Both the position numbers and the translations under genes were made by a program. Shown here in pieces: positions 48,726 through 61,282 of a stretch of DNA of 64,000 nucleotides. Source of the stretch: an uncultured delta proteobacterium (GTDB lineage: Bacteria; Desulfobacterota; Binatia; UBA9968); contig CAVSHR010000004.1 of NCBI GenBank assembly GCA_963727625.1, positions 1,472,001-1,536,000 on the forward strand, written 5' to 3'. The notes below the pieces were generated by a model, which saw only the letters and a list, made by a program, of their open reading frames with translations, had not been told where the DNA came from and made no database searches. The number at the start of each line of letters is the position of its first letter. The first letter of the stretch is position 1.

Positions 48726-50108
48726 ATGTCTAAAGATCTGCCCAGCTTTATCGCTCAGGAAGGCGCCAAAAGAGAAGGTTCGGTCATTCGCGAGAACAAT
48801 TTTATCGATGCCAACAATTATGAGACGGTCGCCTACCTGAAGCACCTCGACCTGCGCAACGAGCCCAAGATGGTTCTGTTCGAGAACGTGCCCGCGTTGA
48901 ACGGTCAGAAGTCGCCCTTTCCGATGTTTTACAACCCCTGGGTGACCCGGCAGTATGTCGCCGATTCCCTCGATATGGGCGACATCAAGTCACCCATGGA
49001 AGTCAGCCTGGAAGTCGCCAGGCTCGAACAGCAACAAGGCAAGATCGAAGTCATCGCGCCGGAAACTGCGCCTGTAAAACAAGTCGTGCTCACCGGCGAA
49101 AAGGCCGATCTCAGGGTTCTGCCCATGCCCGTGCACCAAAAAGGCGACGCCGGCCCCTACCATACGATGACCTGCGCCATGAAAGGATTGAACGCGGATT
49201 TTTACGACATCACCTTCACTAAAAATAAGTATTATGATCCCCAGCATATGAGCTTCTCGGCACACAAACACCATCATCTCGAAGCGATGGCCTGCGAATA
49301 CGAAGGACAGAATCTGCGCGCGCCGGTGATCGTCATCCTGGGGCATCATCCCGCATTCTACCTTTCCTCATGCGCCATGACCGCCATGGGCAACAACGAC
49401 TACCTCACCGCGTCGGCGTTCCTAAAAGAACCGCTGCGGGTCACACCGTCGACGACCTGGGGCGATAAGTTCATGGTTCCCGCCGATGCCGAAGTGATCA
49501 TCGAAGGTGAAATTCTACCGGGCGTGCGCAAGTCGCAAAACCCCTTCGGCGAAATTCTCGGTTATGCCCAGCCGGTGATGGATGTTCCGGTCATCGAAGT
49601 AACCGCGATCACCCACCGCCGCGGCGGCATTGTCGAAGACTTCTGGCCCGGCCACATGGACCATTGGAATCTCGGCAGCATTCCAAAAGAGGGCAGCACG
49701 TACAACGTCATCAAGAAAAATATTCCGGGCATCAAAGGCATCCATCTCGCCGCGTCCGGTTGCGGCCGCTGCATCTGCTATATTTCGATCAAGAAAGAGT
49801 TTGAAAACGAGCCCAACAAAGCCGGCATGCAGGCCTTCGTCGAGATGCCCAATCTTAAACTTGCGGTCATCGTCGACGAAGACATCGACGTCTATAACGA
49901 ACGCGAGGTAATGTGGGCGGTGGCCACCCGCGTGCACTGGGATAAGGACATCGAGATCATTCGCGAAGTGCAGAGTTTTCGCGGCTGGCTCGGCGACACC
50001 GTGGCGATCATCGACGCCACCATTCCATTGAAATCGAAAGCCGATTGGCCGGTGCGCAACGAGGTCGAGCCCGCAGCTTTTGAACGGGTCGCTAAATATT
50101 TTAAATAA
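48726..50108 (+). CDS. UbiD-family (de)carboxylase
   Basis: VPADAEVIIEG, PFGE, VDEDID...V.WA.ATR and IIDAT motifs. Confidence 0.88.
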   Translation: MSKDLPSFIAQEGAKREGSVIRENNFIDANNYETVAYLKHLDLRNEPKMVLFENVPALNGQKSPFPMFYNPWVTRQYVADSLDMGDIKSPMEVSLEVARLEQQQGKIEVIAPETAPVKQVVLTGEKADLRVLPMPVHQKGDAGPYHTMTCAMKGLNADFYDITFTKNKYYDPQHMSFSAHKHHHLEAMACEYEGQNLRAPVIVILGHHPAFYLSSCAMTAMGNNDYLTASAFLKEPLRVTPSTTWGDKFMVPADAEVIIEGEILPGVRKSQNPFGEILGYAQPVMDVPVIEVTAITHRRGGIVEDFWPGHMDHWNLGSIPKEGSTYNVIKKNIPGIKGIHLAASGCGRCICYISIKKEFENEPNKAGMQAFVEMPNLKLAVIVDEDIDVYNEREVMWAVATRVHWDKDIEIIREVQSFRGWLGDTVAIIDATIPLKSKADWPVRNEVEPAAFERVAKYFK

Positions 50109-50120
50109 GAGGAATGGAAA

Positions 50121-50468
50121 ATGGCGGACAAGGTCAAATTTATCTACAAAGCAACTTGAACGACTTGCCGCAAAGCAAGAAGTTTCTTGCAAGCGAAGAA
50201 AGTCGATTTCGAAGAGCGCGACTACGGGAAAACTCCGTTGACCGAGAAAGAATTGCGGGACATCATCGGCGACGATCCTATCGAGCGCTTTCTAAACACC
50301 CGGACGCCGCTCTATCGGGGAAAGAACATGAAACACAAGCCGCCCTCGAAAGACGAGGCGATCACGCTCATGCTCAAAGACCCGAATCTGCTCAAGCGGC
50401 CGGTGATCCTTAAGGGCAAGAAAAAATTGACCGGCTTTGACGAAGCCGCACTCAAGCAACTGCTCTAA
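50121..50468 (+). CDS. ArsC/Spx-family protein, probable selenoprotein (UGA at 50157-50159)
   Basis: [23 protein letters not shown]...PNLLKRPVI...GFDE. The UGA occupies the first Cys of CxTC and a hairpin follows. Confidence 0.85.
50169..50195 (+). promoter_or_regulatory. Putative bacterial SECIS hairpin
   Basis: CGC-AAA-GCAAGA-AGTT-TCTTGC-AA-GCG; the apical loop contains GT and starts 21 nt after the UGA. Confidence 0.65.
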
Positions 50469-50557
50469 TCCGCAAGATCCAGGGCACGGAGAACGCTCCG
50501 CGACCGGAGTGCCGATCCAAGATTTGCATTTATTCAACAAGCTGGAAAAGTTGCGCT

Positions 50558-51427
50558 ATGGCTGAAGAAACGCTCTCTGGTTTAAAACTGTTCAATCGCG
50601 GCAAAGTCCGCGATATTTACGACTTGGGCGACAAGCTCTTGCTCGTCGCGAGCGATCGTATCTCCGCGTTCGACGTGATCTTGCCGACGCTGATCCCGGA
50701 TAAGGGCAAGATTCTCACGGCGATGTCCGTCTATTGGTTCGACGTAATCAAGGACGTCGTTCCGCACCACTTGATCACCACCGACGTGGACAAATTTCCC
50801 GCCGCCTGCCGGCCGCACAAGGACGCGCTGGACGGCCGCTCGATGTTGGTAAAAAAGAGTTTGCCCGCGCCGGTGGAATGTATCGTGCGCGGTTACCTCG
50901 TCGGCTCGGGTTGGAAAGATTACCAACAAACCGGCTCGGTCTGCGATATTGCGTTGCCCAAAGGTCTCGTGGAAGCGTCGCGCTTGGATGAGCCGATCTT
51001 CACGCCGTCGACTAAAGCCCAGATCGGCGCGCACGACGTTAACATCAGTTTTGACGATATGGCCGCCAAGGTCGGCCGGAAAAGAGCCGAGAGGATGCGC
51101 GATGCCACCGTCGCGATTTACAGCCGCGCGAGGGAGATGGCCGAGAAGAAAGGCATCATCATCGCCGACACGAAACTCGAATTCGGCATCGAAGGCGAAG
51201 ACGTTATGCTGATCGACGAGGTGCTCACACCCGACTCGTCCCGGTTCTGGCCGATGGATGGATACCGGCCCGGCAAGACCCCGGACAGCTTCGACAAACA
51301 GTTCGTGCGCGACTACCTGATCAACCTGCCTTGGGACATGAAATCTCCGCCGCCAGAGTTGCCGCCAGAGATCGTCGAGAAGACTCAAGAGAAGTATCGA
51401 GAAGCGCTCAGGCGGTTGACCAGCTGA
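50558..51427 (+). CDS. purC: SAICAR synthase
   Basis: [42 protein letters not shown] and DKQFVRD motifs. Confidence 0.97.
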   Translation: MAEETLSGLKLFNRGKVRDIYDLGDKLLLVASDRISAFDVILPTLIPDKGKILTAMSVYWFDVIKDVVPHHLITTDVDKFPAACRPHKDALDGRSMLVKKSLPAPVECIVRGYLVGSGWKDYQQTGSVCDIALPKGLVEASRLDEPIFTPSTKAQIGAHDVNISFDDMAAKVGRKRAERMRDATVAIYSRAREMAEKKGIIIADTKLEFGIEGEDVMLIDEVLTPDSSRFWPMDGYRPGKTPDSFDKQFVRDYLINLPWDMKSPPPELPPEIVEKTQEKYREALRRLTS

Positions 51428-51478
51428 TTTCCAATCTGCCTTCCCGTTTGCGCCTCGTGCCGGCGTGACTTATTCACG

Positions 51479-52000
51479 CTAGGCGCGTTGGCAGCGATGC
51501 AGTATTTTTTTTACCATCTCAGTCGCCTTCTTAGGGTCGTAGTTATGCGGGATATGCACAAAACCATACGGAATATCTATCCGATTACGCCGGATGTGGT
51601 CGAGTATCACATACATGGAAAAGTTACAGACATAGTCACCGGCGCTCGCTGACTTCCTTACCTGCTTTCCCAGATGTAGCTGCAACGTTGTTTTGAGGCG
51701 TTTCGGACCACCGGATGAGATCGGCTGCGGCTTATCCGGCCGGCGAGCGCGGCGGCGATTGAGCGCTTGCGCTTCCACGTCAATGCGCCGGCGCGAGCTC
51801 TGACCCAGCCCAAGAACGATGTCGGGTTTGAAACGCTTGAGCAGGTCAATAAATTGTCCCCGGTGAAAGCGCACCGGGAACACGGTCTTTTTCAATCCCG
51901 GTTGTGACGGCAGCGATTTGATGATCCGTTCGGTGATGTTGTCGCGAAATCGCCCGTAGGATCCAAAACCATAGATCAAGGTACGCTTCGTCCTTTGCAT
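51479..52000 (-). CDS. pcp: Pyroglutamyl-peptidase I (C15)
   Basis: VEAQALN (Glu), AGDYVCN (Cys) and GFVHIP (His). Confidence 0.85.
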   Translation of the reverse strand: MQRTKRTLIYGFGSYGRFRDNITERIIKSLPSQPGLKKTVFPVRFHRGQFIDLLKRFKPDIVLGLGQSSRRRIDVEAQALNRRRARRPDKPQPISSGGPKRLKTTLQLHLGKQVRKSASAGDYVCNFSMYVILDHIRRNRIDIPYGFVHIPHNYDPKKATEMVKKILHRCQRA

Positions 52001-52042
52001 GAATCAGAACCAATTCTGAGAGACGACAGTTTGCCTAAAACG

Positions 52043-52069
52043 AAACTGGCCGCGCGAGGCGGCCAGTTT
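52043..52069 (-). terminator. Intrinsic terminator after thiC
   Basis: AAACTGGCCGC-loop-GCGGCCAGTTT stem with a T-rich tail on the minus strand. Confidence 0.75.
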
Positions 52070-52092
52070 GAAGTCTAACCCGATGGCGACGG

Positions 52093-54670
<2,578 letters not shown>

Positions 54671-54835
54671 GTTCTGTTCTTAAGCTAGCTGCGGTGTGCA
54701 GCGCGAGACGGCGCATGGGCCATTGCCGACGCGTTTCACGAGCCGATCGCGGCTCTTGGTTTTAGGTTAACTTATAGACCATTACCATGGGATGTCAAGG
54801 AAACGAAACTCTGGAATTTCAGCTGCTTTCAAGAT

Positions 54836-55372
54836 CTACTCCGAGTCATATTGGAGGATCGAATAGACTCCGTGAGGGCGCAGTTTCTCGCGCCCCTTGA
54901 GAAACGCAAGCTCGATCACAAAGGCGCATTCGACCACCTTGCCGCCGAGCTTAGAGACCAACTCGGCGGTTGCCGCGGCCGTGCCGCCGGTGGCGATCAG
55001 ATCGTCGGCGATGACCACACGGGCGTTGCGCGGGATAGCGTCGACATGAATTTCCAAAGCGTCCGTGCCGTATTCCAATTCATAGCTAGCCCGATGGGTC
55101 TCGTAAGGCAACTTGCCCGGCTTGCGCACTACGCTAAAGCCCGCGCCCAGTTTATAGGCCAACGCGGCGCCGATGATGAAGCCGCGCGATTCAATGCCAA
55201 GCACCGTGTCGATCTTTTGACCGTGGTAACGTTGCGCAAGCAGATCAATGGATTTGCCGAACAAAGCGCCGCTGGCAAGCAACGGCGTGATGTCCTTGAA
55301 GACAATTCCCGGTTTGGGAAAATTTGGAATGTCACGAATCGCCCGGCGAATGCCCGTGATATCATCGCTCAT
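54836..55372 (-). CDS. apt: Adenine phosphoribosyltransferase
   Basis: FPKPGIVFKDIT, ESRGF, RKPGKLP, LEYG and DDLIATGGT motifs. Confidence 0.97.
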   Translation of the reverse strand: MSDDITGIRRAIRDIPNFPKPGIVFKDITPLLASGALFGKSIDLLAQRYHGQKIDTVLGIESRGFIIGAALAYKLGAGFSVVRKPGKLPYETHRASYELEYGTDALEIHVDAIPRNARVVIADDLIATGGTAAATAELVSKLGGKVVECAFVIELAFLKGREKLRPHGVYSILQYDSE

Positions 55373-55666
55373 ATGGGTCGAACCCTTTCTATTATCTTCG
55401 CGAATGAGCCGTTGGTATTTTCGACCGGCTGGCTCAACTGAAATCAGCCCCGCACCTGCCGCCCAGTTTCAACGACGACTTCGAGCTTACGCTTTAGCCG
55501 TCTGCGCTTATCAAATTTCCCATCACGTGCCAGGAACAACCGTATCGCGGCTTTGATCGTGAGCGGCTTCGGAGACCACCCTTCGTCAATGAGCCGGTTT
55601 GAGCCTCCTCGACCTCGGCCGCCCTTTTGGTTGCAAATTCTTGCCGACTCTTTTATTCGTCCCAGC

Positions 55667-56422
55667 TCAACCTTTCGGCGCCACAATATCGGATGCCGGT
55701 ACACAGCACAACTGAGGCAAATAGCGCAGCGGATCTTGAGCCGCATTGTTTTTGCGGATTTCAAAATGCAGGTGCGGGCCGGTAACGCGACCCGTGCTGC
55801 CGACCTTGGCGATAATCTCCCCGCGGGCAACCTGCTGCCCTTCGCGCGCCAAATTGACCTGGTTATGAGCGTAGACCGACACGATCCCGCCATCATGACG
55901 CACGATCACGATGTTGCCGTACCCGCGCAATTGATCACTGTAGATGACTTCGCCTTGCTCCACCGCGCGAATCGGCGTGCCTTCCGTAGCGGCGATGTCA
56001 ATGCCGTCGTGAAAACTGACACCGCGCGGGCCGAAGCCGGAATTAATCGAGCCGCTCACGGGCCAGAGAAAAGCGCTCCCGTCGACACCCGGCGTCAACG
56101 GCGTGCTACGCCCGTTGACGGTCGATTCGACGGGCGTGATGACCTCCACCGGTAACGGCCGGCTCGCCCCCGGTATAAATATCCTTTGGCCGACGCGAAG
56201 CTGGCGCGGGTCGCGAATGCCGTTGCGCCGCGCCAGCTCTTCGTAAGTGACATCGTAGGCTTTGCCGATACGAAACAAATTTTCTCCGGGTCGAACCACG
56301 TGATAAATGCCGCGCGCGGATTTCACGACCCTCGGTGGCGGCCTCGCAAGCCGCGGCGCGCAACCCGGCAGCGACATCGCCGCAAGGAAAACCGCGCAAA
56401 GCGCTGCGCCGTTAAATTTCAT
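55667..56422 (-). CDS. nlpD: LysM/M23 lipoprotein, NlpD-like
   Basis: Lipobox LPGC, LysM domain, HDGIDI, SVYAH and HLHFEIR; downstream of pcm. Confidence 0.85.
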   Translation of the reverse strand: MKFNGAALCAVFLAAMSLPGCAPRLARPPPRVVKSARGIYHVVRPGENLFRIGKAYDVTYEELARRNGIRDPRQLRVGQRIFIPGASRPLPVEVITPVESTVNGRSTPLTPGVDGSAFLWPVSGSINSGFGPRGVSFHDGIDIAATEGTPIRAVEQGEVIYSDQLRGYGNIVIVRHDGGIVSVYAHNQVNLAREGQQVARGEIIAKVGSTGRVTGPHLHFEIRKNNAAQDPLRYLPQLCCVPASDIVAPKG

Positions 56423-56518
56423 CCGTGAGCTTGCCACTCTGTCCGCAGGAATCGGAGTTGCAAAGGGACGTGAGCGACACAACCGTCGATGGCCCAGGCG
56501 CCCCACCCGAGTTCTAGC

Positions 56519-57199
56519 TCATTCCCGCCAACCGTACTTGCCTAATAACTTGACGAACTTGCATTCGCCGAGCTGCTCTTCCTCGAGGCCGTACTGGGTA
56601 CGCGTGACGCGTAAAAGCATTTGCCCTTGATCGTCGCCGACTGGAATCACCAGGCGGCCTCCCATCGCGAGTTGATCGAGCAAAGGATTGGGCGGGGCGG
56701 GCGCTCCAGCGGTTACCACCACCGCATCGTAAGGCGCATGTTCCGACCAGCCGATGGTCCCGTCGCCCACGTGCAGAGCGATATTTTGGTAACCGAGACG
56801 GTCCAGTAAGGCGCGCGCCTTGCGCGACAACACGCGCAGCTTCTCGACGGAAAAGACATTAAAACAGAGCTCGGCTAACAAGGCGGTTTGGTAACCGGAG
56901 CCGGTGCCGACTTCCAAGACCTTTTCGTGACCGGTAAGCCGCAGCGCCTCGGTCATGCGCGCGGCCATGTAGGGTTGGGAAAGCGTCTGCTTCTCGCCGA
57001 TGGGCAAAGCGCTGTCGTTATAGGCGCGATTGATGATACCCGGGTCGACAAACAGGTGGCGCGGGACCTTGCGTAGCGCGGCGATGACCCGCGCGTCGGT
57101 AATGCCGCGGGCGACGATTTGCTCCTGAACCATCCGCTCTCTGGCCCAGACGAAATCATGAGGCACCGACAAAGGAAGTTTCACGTCTTCAGAAATCAA
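56519..57199 (-). CDS. pcm: Protein-L-isoaspartate O-methyltransferase
   Basis: VPRHLFV, QTLSQPY, VLEVGTGSGYQ and APYDAVVVTA motifs. Confidence 0.96.
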   Translation of the reverse strand: MISEDVKLPLSVPHDFVWARERMVQEQIVARGITDARVIAALRKVPRHLFVDPGIINRAYNDSALPIGEKQTLSQPYMAARMTEALRLTGHEKVLEVGTGSGYQTALLAELCFNVFSVEKLRVLSRKARALLDRLGYQNIALHVGDGTIGWSEHAPYDAVVVTAGAPAPPNPLLDQLAMGGRLVIPVGDDQGQMLLRVTRTQYGLEEEQLGECKFVKLLGKYGWRE

Positions 57200-57587
57200 G
57201 CGATTGGAAAATTTTATTCATGGCTGCGCTCACATTTCCGCAAACAACCAGTCGAACACCATGTGAACACTTACCGTAATGAACCGACATCGCGCCAATC
57301 CCATTTACACCAACCTGTCTAACTTCCCCTGCTTGACATCGGAGGCGCACCACGACCGCTCACCCCGGGAGCCCTGGACCATGCGTAAGAACCGATGCTC
57401 AGAACTCCGCTTGGACGGCTGAAGCGCTGTATCACCGCGGATTTTAACACTAAACGAACGTAGCTTTCCAGACAGCTGTGAATTTAATCGTGGCGCGACG
57501 TGGCTCTCAGTGTTTCCAGCCAGCGAAGAATCAATAGGTGTTTATAAAGTTGGGACAAGAACCCTAGCTTTCGGTACCCTGCTCCGC

Positions 57588-58034
57588 CTAAAGTTTGCCC
57601 TGTTCTTTTAACTCGCGCAGGCGCCAGGCGATAATGCTTTCGACACTTTCTTCCGGCAACCCAGGCGGTATGGAGCTCGGTTCAGCACCTAGCTGAACGA
57701 GTTTTTCACGCATTGTGCTTAAACCGGCGTGGAGGCGCTGATGGTCCCTGACACAATTGGAGCAGTCCGTGAGTTTTTCATCGATGAGGCTTCGATAACG
57801 CTCTAGGTTTTGTTTCTCTTCGTCAAATAACACGGCGAGCTGTTCGCGGATCTCAAAAGTTTGCTCTTGCAGAGTCTCACTGATGTGGCTCAAGTTGATT
57901 TTCATCTGCAAGATGATATCCATCAGCCGATCAACGGACTGTCCGTTCATTTGCCCACCCATGTCGCCTTTCACAGGATTGATCGCCGGCTCTGTGGTTT
58001 GAAAACCGGCTGTTGCCGCAGCGCCTCCGCTCAT
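57588..58034 (-). CDS. Hypothetical coiled-coil protein
   Basis: About 148-aa helical ORF; start uncertain. Confidence 0.65.
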   Translation of the reverse strand: MSGGAAATAGFQTTEPAINPVKGDMGGQMNGQSVDRLMDIILQMKINLSHISETLQEQTFEIREQLAVLFDEEKQNLERYRSLIDEKLTDCSNCVRDHQRLHAGLSTMREKLVQLGAEPSSIPPGLPEESVESIIAWRLRELKEQGKL

Positions 58035-58487
58035 TGCCAACGACGTTCTAGACTTTCTATTCCTTCCCGCTTTGCAATGTCAAGAATTTTGCGCCGTTCC
58101 ACATAAATTAAATCGTTTTCAGTGACGATCTTCACTCGCAGGATCGGCCTCAAGACCGATGAAAAGATACCAACGGCTCGCGAGCATAGCCAACGAGCAT
58201 AGCCAAGCGTTAAAGAAACCACATCGGATCAAATCGACCCGTCGCTTGAACCGAGCCAATGAGTGAAAAAATCCGTTGGCTGCATATGCCACGGTGCGGA
58301 CCCATGACGATTCTACATCCAGAAATTTACCAAATCGCTTTTGGTGTTTTCCGGGATTGTCCCCCAATGAGAGCCACCTGATCGGCCGGGGATGAACTTG
58401 AGCGGGCTAAAACAGACTATTGTCAGACAACTCTTGGCGGCGAGATTAACGACTTTCCTATGGATCCGAAACAACTGCAGTAAAAAA

Positions 58488-58564
58488 TGGTCGGGGCGAC
58501 CGGATTTGAACCGGTGACCACACGCACCCCAAGCGTGTGCGCTACCAGGCTGCGCTACGCCCCG
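58488..58564 (-). tRNA. tRNA-Pro(GGG)
   Basis: CGGGGCGTAGCGCAGCCTGGTAGCGCA-CACGC-TTGGGGT-GCGTG...GGTTCAAATCC...CGCCCCGACCA, 77 nt with encoded CCA. Confidence 0.97.
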
Positions 58565-58932
58565 ACAGGGGACTTTTATAGTTGCCAAACTAGCACCCCG
58601 ACAGTGTCAATTCAATTGACCGAATTGCAAGAGTCGGCCTGTTTGACGTAAAGCCGTCAGGCAATCTTCGTTCAACGAAGCGGCGTCTGCTTAAGACACT
58701 GTGACACGAAAGCTAGAGAGTCGACTTAGCACATGATCTCCGCTATTTTTGATACCCCGTAGTATGCTGGAAGGTAGATCATTAGCCGCTGATTGCCGCA
58801 TTAATTAGCGAGTCGCCGGACAGAGCGCGCGCCAGGCAAAAATGACGCAATTAAAAAAGCCGAAGCAAATTCCGGGCAACCATGGAACATTTCCCGTGAG
58901 CGCTGCTATAGCAGCGGCTCTAAAAACGAACA

Positions 58933-58959
58933 GAACATGTAAGGAATCTTTACATGTTC
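58933..58959. promoter_or_regulatory. Palindromic operator or enhancer site
   Basis: Perfect 10-bp arms GAACATGTAA-N7-TTACATGTTC containing TGT-N11-ACA. Confidence 0.6.
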
Positions 58960-59025
58960 GAGTTTTCATTCATCCGCCGAGGTCATAACACCTCTGAATT
59001 CCGATAAATTCCCACTCCATGGGAA

Positions 59026-59041
59026 CGGCATTGTGATTGCT
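59026..59041 (+). promoter_or_regulatory. Putative sigma54 promoter of the NRPS cluster
   Basis: CGGCAT-TGTGA-TTGCT (GG-N10-GC), about 65 bp downstream of the palindrome. Confidence 0.55.
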
Positions 59042-59293
59042 TTGATCACTGGGTCTAAGCCTTAACCGCTAGGGTTCTAGAATCCTATTTTTCAAACGAA
59101 TAAATCAATAGATGATCAGAATGCTATTTTTCACTGACATGGTACTTTCTCCGGCTGGGTCGATTACTGTTTTGGTATTGAATTTTGCAAACGGTTGGCT
59201 GACCCCCAGTTGGTCAAACGGGGCCGGCGCCGGACAAAGTTCCAAAACATCGGCTCGCGGAATAAATAGCGCCAATGGGCAACCGAGAGCAAA

Positions 59294-61282
59294 ATGATCA
59301 ATCGACTCACGAACCTGCCACCGGCGCAGCAAGCGATCCGGGATAAGTGTTTTCACCCTTCCGGAACCTTTGTCGAGTTTCCGACCGAGGATGTCGAGAC
59401 TTCGATCCCGGCGCGGTTCGAAAAGATCGTAAGGATGTATCCGGATCGGATCGCGGTCAAGGCCGAAATCACTCGGTTACTTATACAGAGTTGAACGCGA
59501 TGGCGAATCGGGTCGCTCTAGCTGTTTCGTTGCAACAGCGGGTCTATTCTGAGCCTGTCGGCATCTTTCTTGAGCAAGAAGTCGAACGAATCGCAGCCAT
59601 GCTTGGTGTGCTTAAGGCAGGCGGATACTTCGTTCTATTGGATCCTGCTTTGCCGTCGGCTCGGATAGCCACGATTTTGGCAGATTCGGGAGCCACTCAC
59701 GTTATTGGCAATGAAAGGACCGGTGCTGATTTACGAATGTCCTCGGGGATTAGTAGTAGATTTATTGCTTTTGAAGGGTTCATGGTACATGCTCTTGCCT
59801 CCCATCCGCGGCAGGGGAGTTCGCCAAGCGACTATAGTTATATCGCCTACACCTCCGGCTCTCTAGGGCAACCCAAAGCGATCATCCAGACCCATCGGAG
59901 CCTTCTTCACCGGGTCATGCTGCATGTCCGTGTAAGCGATATCACTTGCCAGGACCGAGTGGCGCATCTCACTTCCGGGACATCCAACGCGATTACCACA
60001 GCATTCTATGCTCTGCTTAACGGTGCGACTCTCTGTCCCTTTGACGTCAAGAAATATGGGGTCGACGCGCTTGCAGGTTGGCTGGCCCGAGACCAAATTT
60101 CAATTTGCTTCATTAGCGCCACACTTTTTCGCGATCTTTGCAGCGTTCTGGACCGCGGCGAAAACTTTCCCGTTCTTCGGTTTATTAAATTGCGCAGTGA
60201 AGCGGCTTTGAAAAGTGACGTCGAACTTTTCAAAAAGTACTTTTCGTCGAAATGTAGATTAGTGCATTCACTATCATCCAGTGAAACTGGAACGCTTTGT
60301 AATTATATCGTATGTCGCGACAAGGAGATCCCGATCGACGAATTGCCGATTGGTTTTCCCGCTGAGGGTAAAGAAATTTATTTGCTCGACGACGAAGGAA
60401 AAACATTAGGCTTCAACGAAGTTGGTGAAATCGTCGTCCGCAGCCGTTACCTTTCGCGCGGTTATTGGCGTCGCCCGGAACTCACCGAAGCCAAGTTTAA
60501 AAGCGACCCAAATGACGCTGACACGAAGCATTACCGTACAGGCGATTTGGCTCTGATGCTTCCCGATGGCTGTTTGATCCACAAAGGGCGAAAGGATTTT
60601 AGGGTCAAGCTTCGTGGCTATGGAGTTGACCTAAAAGAAGTTGAGAAAGTACTGCTGGAGCATCCTGCAATTGACAACGCCGCGGTGGTCACGTGGCAAG
60701 GGCTGGCCGGGCAGCAGTGCTTGGCGGGCTATGTTGTTTTATGCAAAGGTGTCGCGCTCAGCGTAAGTGACATCAAAGAACATTTGAAGATTAAATTGCC
60801 CGATTACATGATTCCTGCGAAGCTCATTTTTTTAAATTCGCTGCCCCTGACGAACGGGAAGTTGGACCGTCTGGCCCTGCCGATGCCGGATAATAACCGT
60901 CCGGATTTAAAAGAATCTTACGTAGCGCCACGGAGCGACATTGAAAGAAAGCTCTCCGAGATATGGGCGGAAGTTTTGAGTGATTGATCGAGTCGGCATC
61001 CACGATGATTTCTTCGACTTGGGCGGTCATTCGCTGGCGGCATCGCGGGTGATCTCCCGGGTGATTCAATCATTTAACCTAGAGCTGCCGGTTAAGGCGC
61101 TCTTCGAATCACCGACGGTCGCTGAGATGGCGGCAGTCATCGCAAAACACGAAGCGAAGCCGGCAAGCGACGCAGACCTAGCGCAGATGCTGCGTGAGGT
61201 AGAGGCGATGACGGAAGAAGAAGCGCAGAAACGGCTTGCCGGGCAAAGCGCGCGCGACTCTACCGGAGATGGACATGAGTGA
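59294..61282 (+). pseudogene. Stand-alone adenylation-PCP didomain with two frameshifts
   Basis: YTSGS, SSSETG, YRTGD, GRKD, NGKLDR and LGGHSL motifs spread over three ORFs. Shifts near 59465 (-1) and 60982 (+1). Confidence 0.8.

Noticed and set aside
50114-50413. 99-aa ORF overlapping the ArsC-like gene
   Set aside because: Alternative frame with no motifs; the UGA-readthrough frame explains the locus.
55444-55666. Spacer between nlpD and apt as tmRNA, 6S RNA or a small CDS
   Set aside because: No tRNA-like ends or tag peptide, and no convincing start codon; left unassigned.
58181-58206. 13-bp tandem duplication CGAGCATAGCCAA x2
   Set aside because: Only two units with no functional context; likely a slippage duplication.
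58488-58564. tRNA-Pro as the integration site of the NRPS region
   Set aside because: No integrase or duplicated tRNA 3' end in the window, and the NRPS lies on the tRNA's 5' side.
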